Source: Candidatus Rokuibacteriota bacterium
GTDB lineage: Bacteria > Methylomirabilota > Methylomirabilia > Rokubacteriales > CSP1-6
DNA: 56,771 nt
NCBI GenBank assembly: GCA_040902295.1
Contig: JBBDXO010000308.1
Span: 1-56,771, forward strand
Reading direction: 5' to 3'
Part shown: positions 1-7,977 of the stretch, one piece after another
How the letters are laid out: every line of letters starts with the position of its first letter
Numbering within the stretch: position 1 is the first letter of the stretch
Notes under the pieces: generated by a model
What the model was told of the DNA's origin: nothing
Database searches by the model: none
What the model saw: only the letters and a program-made list of their open reading frames with translations
Position numbers and translations under genes: made by a program

Positions 1-650
1 AGCTCGTCGGGCGCAAGGCGGTCATCGCCGCCACCGCCATCGGCTCCGGCACCTACGTGTACGGGCAGTACGTGCTCAAGCAGACGAAAGCGGCGGACGG
101 CAAAGCGGTGAACGAGCACGTGGAGTGGGTGGGCGGCGGCGCCTCCACCACCATGCTGGGCGGGCTGAAGGCCGGCAAGTTCGACGCCATCATGGTCGTT
201 CCGGAGTGGCAGTGGGCGGCGGAGGAGGAAGGCTTCGGCAAGGCGATCTACGACGTGCAGGACGAGAAGGCCTGGAACCGCGTCTTCGGCGGCAACATCC
301 CGGTCACGGTCGGCTACACGCTGCGGGAGACCATCGAGAAGTCGCCCGACCTCGTGCAGGCGTACGTGAACGCCAACTACCGCGCCCAGCAGTGGATCCG
401 CCGCGCCAAGGACGAGGAGATCGTGGAGCTGCTGCACAAGCCGTACATGGACACCTTCAGCCGCGACGTCGTGCTGAAATCGGTGAAGTACTACCGGACC
501 ATCTTCGACTGGGACTTCGTCATCGACGAGAAGGACTACGACAACGGCATGAAGGTCTTCGTGCCCCTCGCCATCGACAAGCCGCTGCCGTTCGCGAAGG
601 TGGTCGATCTCTCCTTCCTCCGCAAGGCGCAGGCGAAGTACAAGTCCTGA
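1..650 (+). CDS. ABC transporter periplasmic substrate-binding protein (NitT/TauT-like), 5'-truncated by the window edge
   Basis: Frame 3 is open from base 3 to TGA 648-650; track ORF 57-650 is its GTG-initiated tail. It is followed directly by a matching ABC ATPase and permease. Family is assigned by recall only. Confidence 0.6.
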   Translation, partial: LVGRKAVIAATAIGSGTYVYGQYVLKQTKAADGKAVNEHVEWVGGGASTTMLGGLKAGKFDAIMVVPEWQWAAEEEGFGKAIYDVQDEKAWNRVFGGNIPVTVGYTLRETIEKSPDLVQAYVNANYRAQQWIRRAKDEEIVELLHKPYMDTFSRDVVLKSVKYYRTIFDWDFVIDEKDYDNGMKVFVPLAIDKPLPFAKVVDLSFLRKAQAKYKS

Positions 651-1438
651 GCACCCGGCGCGCGCGCATCGTCCTCCGGGACCTCGACAAGGTGTTCCGT
701 GAGGGGAGCCGAGAGGTCCCGGCGGTGTCGCGCGCGTCGTTCGAGGTCTATCACCAGGAGTTCGTGGCCATCGTGGGCCCCTCCGGGTGCGGCAAGTCCA
801 CCATCCTGAACATGATCGGCGGGCTCGTGCCCCCCTCCGGGGGCGTCATCGAGATCGACGGCGTCGCCGTCAGCGGCGCCGCCCCGCCGCACGTCGGCTA
901 TGTCTTCCAGAAGGACACCGTGTTCCCCTGGCGCACGGTCGCCCGCAACATCGCGCTCGGCCTGGAGTACCGCGGCGTGCCCGCCCCCGAGCGCGAGCGG
1001 CGCGTGCGCGAGGCGGTGGCGCTCGCGGGCCTGGAAGGCTTCGAGGATGCCTTCCCCGCCACGCTGTCGGGCGGCATGCGCCAGCGCGTGGCCCTCATGC
1101 GCACGCTGGTGGTGGAGCCCGAGATCCTCCTCATGGACGAGCCCTTCGGCGCCCTCGACACCCACACGAAGATCACCCTGCACGACGAGCTGCTGCGGCT
1201 GTGGGAGGGGCGCCACCAGACGGTGGTGTTCGTCACCCACGACCTGTCGGAGGCCATCACGCTCGCCGACCGCATCGTGGTGATGACGCGCCGGCCCGGG
1301 CGCGTGAAGCTCGTGCACACCGTGAAGCTGCCGCGCCCGCGCGACGTCATCAAGCTGCGCGAGAGCCCGGAGTATGCGGAGGAGTACGGGCGGGTGTGGC
1401 ACGTGCTCGGCGAGGAGTTCGCGGGGACGCGCGCGTGA
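647..1438 (+). CDS. ABC transporter ATP-binding protein (NitT/TauT/SsuB-like)
   Basis: Walker A GPSGCGKST, signature LSGGMRQRV and Walker B ILLMDEPFGALD lie in track ORF 125-1438. The first ~170 codons of that ORF overlap the binding-protein gene and are Arg/Gly-rich shadow. The conserved first strand (IVLRDLDKVF) precedes the first canonical start (GTG 692), so the start is placed provisionally at CTG 647, forming a CTGA overlap with the upstream stop. Confidence 0.85.
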   Translation: MSTRRARIVLRDLDKVFREGSREVPAVSRASFEVYHQEFVAIVGPSGCGKSTILNMIGGLVPPSGGVIEIDGVAVSGAAPPHVGYVFQKDTVFPWRTVARNIALGLEYRGVPAPERERRVREAVALAGLEGFEDAFPATLSGGMRQRVALMRTLVVEPEILLMDEPFGALDTHTKITLHDELLRLWEGRHQTVVFVTHDLSEAITLADRIVVMTRRPGRVKLVHTVKLPRPRDVIKLRESPEYAEEYGRVWHVLGEEFAGTRA

Positions 1439-2259
1439 AGGCGGACGGAGACGGCATGCGGGTGTGGGCGTGGCGCGTCGCCATCTTCGTCGTCCTCGTG
1501 GGGGGGTGGGAGTGGCTCACGGGGATCAAGGCGATCTCGACCACGCCCGGCCTCTACTGGATCGACCCCTTCTTCATCAGCCGGCCCTCCGCCATCGCCC
1601 GGCGCTTCGTCTACCTCGCCTCGGGCGAGGTGCGGCTGTCCATCTGGCAGATGGCGCTCTCCACCGTGCAGTCCACGCTGTGGGGATTCCTCGTGGGCGT
1701 GTCCACCGGCTTCGTGGCGGGCCTCGTGCTCGGCCGCAACGACCGGCTCGCGCGCATCCTGGAGCCGTACATCATCGCCTTCAACTCGCTGCCGCGCATC
1801 GCGCTGGTGCCGCTCATCACGATGATCTTCGGCTTCGGCGTGGTGGCCAAGATCGTGCTCGCGTGGACGATCGTGTTCTTCATCGTCTTCTTCAACACGT
1901 TCCAGGGCACGCGCTCCGTGGACGCCGACCTCGTGCACGCCGCCCGCTTCCTCGGCGCCCGCGACCGTCAGATCATGCGCACGGTCATCGTGCCCTCCGC
2001 GCTCGCGTGGACCTTCGCCTCCCTCACGCCGTCCATCTCCTTCGCGCTCATCGGGGTGGTGGTGGGCGAGTTCCTGGGCGGCGAGTCGGGCGGGGGCCTC
2101 GGCTACCTCATCATCCAGTCGCTCGGCACGCTGAACGCGGCGGACATGATGGTGGCGCTGGTGACGCTCGGATTCATCGGCATCGTGATGGCGCTCGGCA
2201 TCAAGCAGGTGGAGCGGCGGTTGCTGCGCTGGCGCCCCGAGTACCGGGCGCGCGCGTGA
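1435..2259 (+). CDS. ABC transporter permease (binding-protein-dependent inner membrane component)
   Basis: GTG 1435 overlaps the ATPase stop (GTGA). The product is hydrophobic and multi-TM, with an EAA-loop-like segment AARFLGARDRQIMRTVIVPSAL. It is the tail of track ORF 787-2259. Confidence 0.85.
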   Translation: MKADGDGMRVWAWRVAIFVVLVGGWEWLTGIKAISTTPGLYWIDPFFISRPSAIARRFVYLASGEVRLSIWQMALSTVQSTLWGFLVGVSTGFVAGLVLGRNDRLARILEPYIIAFNSLPRIALVPLITMIFGFGVVAKIVLAWTIVFFIVFFNTFQGTRSVDADLVHAARFLGARDRQIMRTVIVPSALAWTFASLTPSISFALIGVVVGEFLGGESGGGLGYLIIQSLGTLNAADMMVALVTLGFIGIVMALGIKQVERRLLRWRPEYRARA

Positions 2260-2612
2260 CCCGCTGGGCGTTCGCGCTCACCGTCGTCCTCATCGCCGGC
2301 GCCGCCGCCGCCGTGTGGTGGGCGCGCGTGCGCGGCCGGTCGGGCTCGCGCGCCTCCGTGCTCGTGAGCGTGCTCTCCGGCTGGCTCGCGGCCTACGTGC
2401 TGTGGAGCCTGGCGGGGGGCCTCGCCGCCCGCTACGGCGTGCTGACGATCTACAACGGCCCGCTCTTCGCCGCCGTGGCGGTGGTCGCCGGCACGTGGCA
2501 ATACCACACGCAGGTGCGCCGGGGACGGGAGCGCGGGCTCACCATCTTCGTGGCCGCCCAGCTCGTCTGGCTCATGGTCGTCATCGTGCAGAACGGCGTC
2601 CTCACGCCCTGA
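2256..2612 (+). CDS. small hypothetical membrane protein (about 118 aa, 3-4 TM)
   Basis: GTG 2256 overlaps the permease stop (GTGA). It is the tail of track ORF 1374-2612 and has hydrophobic segments (FALTVVLIAGAAAAVWW, VLVSVLSGWLAAYVLWSLAGG, FAAVAVVAG, IFVAAQLVWLMVVIV) with GC3-rich codons. Confidence 0.5.
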   Translation: MTRWAFALTVVLIAGAAAAVWWARVRGRSGSRASVLVSVLSGWLAAYVLWSLAGGLAARYGVLTIYNGPLFAAVAVVAGTWQYHTQVRRGRERGLTIFVAAQLVWLMVVIVQNGVLTP

Positions 2613-2737
2613 GGGATGGGCGCCCGCCACCCGCCGGCCTCCCGGGAAGTTGTACTCTGGTTTGTCAGGCCGTCTTCCCGCTGACGTCCCGCACTTTGCA
2701 TTCATCCTGAAATCGAGGACTTACCGGGCGCCCTTTC

Positions 2738-2752
2738 TGGCACCGGCTTTGC
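2738..2752 (+). promoter_or_regulatory. sigma-54 type -24/-12 promoter, TGGCAC-cggct-TTGC
   Basis: Exact match to TGGCAC-N5-TTGC in the 153-nt intergenic region. The -12 C at 2752 is 14 nt from ATG 2766, and there is no Shine-Dalgarno in between. Confidence 0.45.
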
Positions 2753-2765
2753 TGTTTCCAACGGT

Positions 2766-3173
2766 ATGCAGACGACAACGGCCAACAAGCGAGTCCTGCT
2801 TGCCGAGGACGACCGCTTCCTTCGCCGCGCATGCGAGACGAGCCTGAGAGAGCGCGGGTTCACGGTGGCCACGGCCGCCGACGGTGAAGAGGCGCTACGG
2901 GCGGCGCTGGCCGACTGTCCCGACCTCATCGTGCTGGATATGCTGATGCCGAAGCTGTCCGGCCTGGACGTCCTGCGCGCGGTGCGCCGCGAGGCCTCCA
3001 CGAGCGCGGTGCCGGTGCTGATGATGTCCAGCTCCTCGAACGACCAGGACATCGAGGCCATGACCCGTCTGGGCGCCAACGGCTGCCTCGTGAAAGCCCG
3101 GCTCTCCCTGCAACAGCTCGGCGATCACGTCACCGCCTGCCTGGGCGGCCCCCCCGCTCGTAGCGCGATCTGA
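2766..3173 (+). CDS. stand-alone response regulator receiver (CheY-like REC only)
   Basis: RVLLAEDD acidic pocket, phospho-acceptor context DLIVLDMLMPKLSG, and conserved Ser/Thr and Lys regions (VLMMSSS, GCLVKA). 135 aa with no output domain. Confidence 0.85.
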   Translation: MQTTTANKRVLLAEDDRFLRRACETSLRERGFTVATAADGEEALRAALADCPDLIVLDMLMPKLSGLDVLRAVRREASTSAVPVLMMSSSSNDQDIEAMTRLGANGCLVKARLSLQQLGDHVTACLGGPPARSAI

Positions 3174-3755
3174 TCACGCCCTGCTGCCGGGCTTGATCGC
3201 CTCGCTGCCGCTCGTGCAGAGGGGGCATTCCTCGGGCTTGTAGGTGGCCGCGGTGATGGTGGCGAGCGCGGCGCGCTTGACGTCGAAGGCGGCGGCGCCG
3301 CGGCTGCGGTCGATCAACGAGCCCACACCCGCCACCACGCCGCCGTGGTCCTTCACGCACTGCACGACCTCGCGCGTCGACCCGCCGGTGGTGATGACGT
3401 CCTCCACCACCACGCAACGCTCGCCGGGCGCCAGGGCAAATCCGCGCCGCAGGCGCATCACGCCGCTTTCGCGCTCGCTGAACAGCGCGCGGGCGCCGAG
3501 CGCGCGCGCCACCTCGTGGGCGACGAGGATGCCGCCGATGGCGGGCGCCACCACCACCGCCGCCGCGTCGCCGGCGAAGGAAGCCGCGAGCGCGCGGCCG
3601 AGCTCGGCCGCGTGCGCCGGGTACTGGAGCACGAGGGCGGACTGCAGATAGACGTCGGAGTGCAGCCCCGAGGTGAGCTTGAAGTGGCCGCGCATGAGGG
3701 CGCCGGTCTTCTCGTACAGGGCCAGGGTCTCGCGCTCGGTCATCGGTGTCGTCAT
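3174..3755 (-). CDS. pyrE: orotate phosphoribosyltransferase
   Basis: GHFKLTSGLHSDVYLQ N-terminal motif and PRPP-binding loop VVVEDVITTGGST. 193 aa. Confidence 0.9.
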   Translation of the reverse strand: MTTPMTERETLALYEKTGALMRGHFKLTSGLHSDVYLQSALVLQYPAHAAELGRALAASFAGDAAAVVVAPAIGGILVAHEVARALGARALFSERESGVMRLRRGFALAPGERCVVVEDVITTGGSTREVVQCVKDHGGVVAGVGSLIDRSRGAAAFDVKRAALATITAATYKPEECPLCTSGSEAIKPGSRA

Positions 3756-3767
3756 GCCCCCATGATA

Positions 3768-3926
3768 TGTCAGCCGGTCCGGGCGCCGGCGGCGCCGGCC
3801 CCGACGTCCCCCTCGTCACGGCGAATTGGCCCGGGCATGTCACAACGGCCCCGGAGTGTCAGCGATGACGCGCCGCCCTCGGCCCTCGTGACAGTGTCAG
3901 TAGGTGTCCTGTTCGAATTCATGACA
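3768..3926. promoter_or_regulatory. cluster of TGTCA/TGACA pentamers (possible activator binding sites) between pyrE and the che-mgl operon
   Basis: TGTCA at 3768, 3838, 3857 and 3895; TGTCC at 3905; TGACA at 3889 and 3922. This includes the palindrome TGACAgTGTCA (3889-3899) and the inverted repeat TGTCCTG-N8-CATGACA (3905-3926). These AT-containing pentamers are clustered in otherwise very GC-rich DNA. Confidence 0.3.
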
Positions 3927-3934
3927 CATAGGTG

Positions 3935-3950
3935 TGGCCCCCCTGTTGCA
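3935..3950 (+). promoter_or_regulatory. sigma-54 type -24/-12 promoter, TGGCCC-ccctg-TTGCA
   Basis: GG and GC are correctly spaced, with one mismatch in the -24 hexamer. It lies 65 nt upstream of ATG 4015, which has a strong SD (AAGGAGG at 4000-4006). Confidence 0.4.
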
Positions 3951-4014
3951 CCTTCGACACCTCGCTGCGGGCGCCGACCCTCCAGTCGGCGCTCCCCCCA
4001 AGGAGGCAGTGCCG

Positions 4015-4377
4015 ATGGCGAAGGTGATGGTGGTCGATGACGCGGTGTCGGAGCTCAAGCTGATGGAAGCGATCCTCAAAGGCGCCGGTCATCAGGTCGT
4101 CTCCTTCGTCGACGGCGATGAGCTCGAGGACAAGTGCACGAAGGAGCGCCCCGACCTCGTCCTCCTCGACATCGTGATGCCCAAGCGCAACGGGTACGAG
4201 ATCCTCCGCTCCCTCAAGAAGGACGCGCGCACGCGCGCGACCCCGGTGGTGCTCGTGAGCTCGAAGAACCAGGAGAGCGATCGCGTGTGGGGCAAGCGGC
4301 AGGGCGCCGACGACTACCTGCCGAAGCCCTTCACCTCGGACCAGCTCCTCAGCATGGTGGGGCGATTTGTTCGCTGA
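4015..4377 (+). CDS. cheY: CheY/PilH-like single-domain response regulator
   Basis: MAKVMVVDDAVSELK, DLVLLDIVMPKRNGYE, PVVLVSSK, DDYLPKPF. ATG 4015 is preceded by AAGGAGG. The upstream part of track ORF 3934-4377 is leader sequence. Confidence 0.85.
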   Translation: MAKVMVVDDAVSELKLMEAILKGAGHQVVSFVDGDELEDKCTKERPDLVLLDIVMPKRNGYEILRSLKKDARTRATPVVLVSSKNQESDRVWGKRQGADDYLPKPFTSDQLLSMVGRFVR

Positions 4378-4888
4378 CGCCGTCGCCGATGCCGGCGTCG
4401 CGTCCTCCGCCCCCCCCGTACCCACCGAGTCGTTTGCGGAGCGGCGCCGGCGCGCCTGCGTGTTCATGCTCGGGGAGGGCACGTATGCCGTCGACGTGCG
4501 CGACGCGCGCGAGGTGGTGACGCTGGACGGCTATACACCGGTCCCCGGCGCGCCCGCCTCCGTGGTGGGCGTCTTCAACCTTCGCGGCACCGTGCTGCCG
4601 CTCGTGGAAGCCCGGCCGCTGCTGGCGCGCGCGGCCGCGATCCCGGGGCCGGGCACGGCGGCGGTGGTGCTCGCCGCCCGCTCGTGGCGGGCCGCCGTCG
4701 CCATCGACCGCGTGGTGGGTCTCGAGTGGTTCGACGACGCCACGCTGGCGGCCGGCGGCGGCCCTTTCGCCGCGGGCACGTTCGCGCACGGCGACAGCGG
4801 CACCATCACGCTCCTCGACGCCGACGGACTGCTGTCGGCGTTGCGGGAAGCCTGGACGTCCCCCCCCTTCGCCACTCCAGAGGTGTGA
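4367..4888 (+). CDS. cheW: CheW-like coupling protein
   Basis: CheW-fold motifs: FMLGEGTYAVDVRDAREVV, PGAPASVVGVFNLRGTVLPLVE, AVAIDRVVGLE. TTG 4367 overlaps the upstream gene by 11 nt. Confidence 0.8.
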   Translation: MFADAVADAGVASSAPPVPTESFAERRRRACVFMLGEGTYAVDVRDAREVVTLDGYTPVPGAPASVVGVFNLRGTVLPLVEARPLLARAAAIPGPGTAAVVLAARSWRAAVAIDRVVGLEWFDDATLAAGGGPFAAGTFAHGDSGTITLLDADGLLSALREAWTSPPFATPEV

Positions 4889-4890
4889 TC

Positions 4891-6177
4891 ATGCGACGAC
4901 GACGCTTTCTCCAGCTCCTCGGCGGCACGGCGCCCGCATGGCTCGGCACACGCGCGTGGGCGCAGGGCTCCGCGTCCGCCGGACGCGCCACCGGCGTGCC
5001 CGGCGTCACCACCACGGATATCCGGGTGGGCATGAGCGCCGCCTTCAAGAAGACGGCGGCGGGCCTGGGCACGGAGCTGTACCGCGGCGCGCAGGCCTAC
5101 TACGACGACGTGAACGCGCGCGGCGGCGTCAACGGCCGCAACATCTCGGTCATCGCCCTCGACGACGGCTACGAGCCGCTGCCGTGCGTGAAGAACACCA
5201 TCCAGCTCATCGACAAGGAGTCCGTCTTCTTCCTGTCGAATTACGTGGGGACGCCCACCCTCACGCGGGCGCTGCCCGTCATCAAGCGCTACGGCGACGC
5301 GGGCGTCGTGCTCGTGGGCAACTTCACGGGGGCGCAGCCGCAGCGCGAGCCGCCCTACGGCGACTACGTGTTCAACATTCGCGCCTCCTACCGGCAGGAG
5401 ATGATGGCGCTCGTCGACCGCTTCTGGCAGGCAGGCGCGCGCAACTTCGGCGTCTACTACCAGATCGACGCGTACGGCCGCAGCGGGACGGACGGCGTCG
5501 CGCGCGGGCTGGCCCAGCGCGGCGCGAAGATCGTGGCGGAGGCGACGTACCCCCGCGGCGCGAAGTTCGAGCAGGACGTGAGCCCCGCCGTGCACGCGCT
5601 ACGCAAGGCGGGCGCGGACGTGGTCCTGTGCACGGGCGCCTACCAGGGCTGCGGCGCCTTCGTGAAGACGGCGCGCGACCTCGGCTGGCCCGTACCCATC
5701 TCCAACGTGTCGTTCGTCGGCTCCGACGCCATGCTCGCGCTGCTCGTCAAGCACAGCAAGGTCACCGGGCGCGACTACACGCGTGCCCTCGTCAACTCGC
5801 AGGTGGTGCCCAGCTACGACGATCTCAGCCTGCCCGCCGTGGCCGAGTACCGGACGCTGATGGACCGTCACAGCCCGGTCGTCCCCGAGGAGCTGCGCGA
5901 CGCCGGCTATGTCCCGCAGCGCTACAGCTTCATCAGCCTCGAAGGGTTCATCAACGCCAAGGTGGTGGTGGAGGCGCTCAAGCGGACGGGCGCGGCGCCC
6001 ACGCGCGCGGGCTTCCGTCAGGCGCTCGAGTCGCTGCGGGCGTTCGACCTCGGCATCGGCGCCATGCTCACGTTCGGGCCCGAGCGGCACCAGGGTCTCG
6101 ATTCCGTCTACTTCACCCGCATCGAGGGTGATCGCTGGGTTCCGGTCGCCGATTGGACGGCGGCCGTGTCCGCCTAG
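4891..6177 (+). CDS. Tat-signal periplasmic binding protein, type-I (Leu/Ile/Val-binding / AmiC-like) fold
   Basis: MRRRRFLQLLGGTAPAWLGTRAWAQG is a twin-arginine signal. The body resembles LivJ/Peripla_BP_6 proteins (GVNGRNISVIALDDGYEP, FFLSNYVGTPT, GVYYQIDAYGRSG). ATG 4891 lies 2 nt after the cheW stop. It is the tail of track ORF 4684-6177. Confidence 0.8.
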   Translation: MRRRRFLQLLGGTAPAWLGTRAWAQGSASAGRATGVPGVTTTDIRVGMSAAFKKTAAGLGTELYRGAQAYYDDVNARGGVNGRNISVIALDDGYEPLPCVKNTIQLIDKESVFFLSNYVGTPTLTRALPVIKRYGDAGVVLVGNFTGAQPQREPPYGDYVFNIRASYRQEMMALVDRFWQAGARNFGVYYQIDAYGRSGTDGVARGLAQRGAKIVAEATYPRGAKFEQDVSPAVHALRKAGADVVLCTGAYQGCGAFVKTARDLGWPVPISNVSFVGSDAMLALLVKHSKVTGRDYTRALVNSQVVPSYDDLSLPAVAEYRTLMDRHSPVVPEELRDAGYVPQRYSFISLEGFINAKVVVEALKRTGAAPTRAGFRQALESLRAFDLGIGAMLTFGPERHQGLDSVYFTRIEGDRWVPVADWTAAVSA

Positions 6178-6189
6178 GGGAGAGGGACC

Positions 6190-7962
6190 ATGAAGAAGCC
6201 GCGCGCACGTTTCGGACTGCTGCCGAAGATCATCCTGTTCCTGGTCGCCGTGCTCATCCCGCTCGCCGCCGTCACGTGGTACGTCTCGGTGCGGACGCTG
6301 AGCGAGCGGATGACCGAGGAGTTCACCTCCAAGGGCACCGCCATCGCCAACAGCCTCGCGAGCTCGGGGGTGGACCTCGTGCTCACGCGCGACGCCTCCA
6401 CGGTGCAGGCGCTCGTCGACCAGTTCGTCTCCATCAGCGGCGTCGCCTACGTCATGGTGTACGACCCGCAGAACACGCTCATCGCGCACACCTTCCACCC
6501 CCTGGTGCCGGTGGGGCTGCTCGAGAAGAACCTGGTTCCCGGCGACGCCGCCAAGCAGGTGCGCGACATCGTGTACGAGCATCCGGTGACGGCGGTGCCG
6601 CAGCACATCATCGACATCGGCGTGCCCATGCTGGGCGGCCAGCTGGGGACGGTCCGTGTCGGCATGGACCGCTCGATCATCTCCGCTGCCGCCGCCCAGT
6701 CCGGCTGGTACCTCTTCGCCGTCTTCGGCGGCGTCGCCGTCCTCGCGGTGGTGGCGGGCGCCGTCTTCGCGCGCCGGGTGACGAAGCCCGTGGGCGACAT
6801 CGTCCGCATCGCGCAGCAGGTGGGCCGCGGCGATCTCTCGGAGACCCTCAGCCTCCGCCGGCGCGACGAGATCGGGCAGCTCGCGGACACCTTCAACGAG
6901 GCCGTGGTGCGGCTGCGCTCGCAGGTGCTCACGGAGACCGAGCGCGACGAGGAGCGGGCCCGGCGCGAGGCGCTGCAGAAGAACATCACCGCCTTCCTCG
7001 ACACCGTCATGGAGATCTCCCAGGGCGACCTTCGCCGGCGCGGCGAGGTGACGCCGGACGTCCTCGGCAACGTGGTGGACTCGATCAACGTCATGGTGGA
7101 AGAGATCGCCTCCACCCTCGGCGACGTCCGCCACGCCGCCCTCCAGGTGGCGTCCAGCGCGACGGACATGATCGGCGCTACCGAGCAGATGGCCGAGGGC
7201 GCCGTGTCGCAGTCACGCGAGGCCACCACCATCAGCCGCGAGCTGGAGACGATGACGAAGTCCGTGCGCCAGGTCGCGCACAGCGCCGCCTCCTCCGCCG
7301 TCGCCTCCCGCAAGGCGGTGGAGGCCGCGCGCAAGGGTGACGCGGCGGTGCGCGACAGCCTGGGCGGCATGCAGAAGATCCGCAGCGAGGTGCAGGTCAT
7401 CTCCAAGAAGATCAAGGGCCTCGGCGACCGCTCGCTGGAGATCTCCGAGATCGTCAACACCATCGAGGAGATCGCCTCCCATACGAACCTGCTCGCGCTC
7501 AACGCGGCCATCGAGGCGGCGGGCGCGGGCGAGGCGGGGGTGCGGTTCGCCGTCGTCGCCGACGAGATCCGCAAGCTCGCCGAGCGCGCCGCGAAGGCGA
7601 CGAAGGAGATCGCGGGTCTCGTGCGCACGGTGCAGACGGAGACGCACGAAGCGGTCATCGCCATGGAAGACGGCACCCGGGAGGTGGAAGCGGGCTACCA
7701 GGTCACCATCCGCGCCGAGGAAAGCCTCAAGGAGATCGCCGACGTGTCCGAATCGTCGGCCGAGATGGCGGAGAAGATCTCGGACGCCACCCGCGACCAG
7801 GTGCGCGGCGCCGAGGGTGTGACGACGGCCATGACCTCCATCGCCGCCGTCGCCGTGCGCACGGAGCAGGCGGTGCTGCAGACGCGCAAGACCGTCGAAG
7901 ACCTGGTGAAGCTCGCCGACGAGCTCACGCGCAGCCTGTCCCGATTCAAGCTGGCGAGCTGA
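6190..7962 (+). CDS. methyl-accepting chemotaxis protein (TM1, periplasmic domain, TM2, HAMP, signalling domain)
   Basis: TM segments [18 protein letters not shown] and [21 protein letters not shown]; [23 protein letters not shown]...IGQLADTFN; conserved hairpin tip [42 protein letters not shown]. Confidence 0.9.
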   Translation: MKKPRARFGLLPKIILFLVAVLIPLAAVTWYVSVRTLSERMTEEFTSKGTAIANSLASSGVDLVLTRDASTVQALVDQFVSISGVAYVMVYDPQNTLIAHTFHPLVPVGLLEKNLVPGDAAKQVRDIVYEHPVTAVPQHIIDIGVPMLGGQLGTVRVGMDRSIISAAAAQSGWYLFAVFGGVAVLAVVAGAVFARRVTKPVGDIVRIAQQVGRGDLSETLSLRRRDEIGQLADTFNEAVVRLRSQVLTETERDEERARREALQKNITAFLDTVMEISQGDLRRRGEVTPDVLGNVVDSINVMVEEIASTLGDVRHAALQVASSATDMIGATEQMAEGAVSQSREATTISRELETMTKSVRQVAHSAASSAVASRKAVEAARKGDAAVRDSLGGMQKIRSEVQVISKKIKGLGDRSLEISEIVNTIEEIASHTNLLALNAAIEAAGAGEAGVRFAVVADEIRKLAERAAKATKEIAGLVRTVQTETHEAVIAMEDGTREVEAGYQVTIRAEESLKEIADVSESSAEMAEKISDATRDQVRGAEGVTTAMTSIAAVAVRTEQAVLQTRKTVEDLVKLADELTRSLSRFKLAS

Positions 7963-7977
7963 TCGGCGCGCACGGTC

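Noticed and set aside
3903-3927. tRNA-like T-loop sequence GTTCGAATT flanked by GTGTC/GACAC.
   Set aside because: The loop would be 14 nt rather than 7. No acceptor, D or anticodon arms can be drawn in the flanks. It is better explained as part of the TGTC/GACA inverted-repeat cluster.
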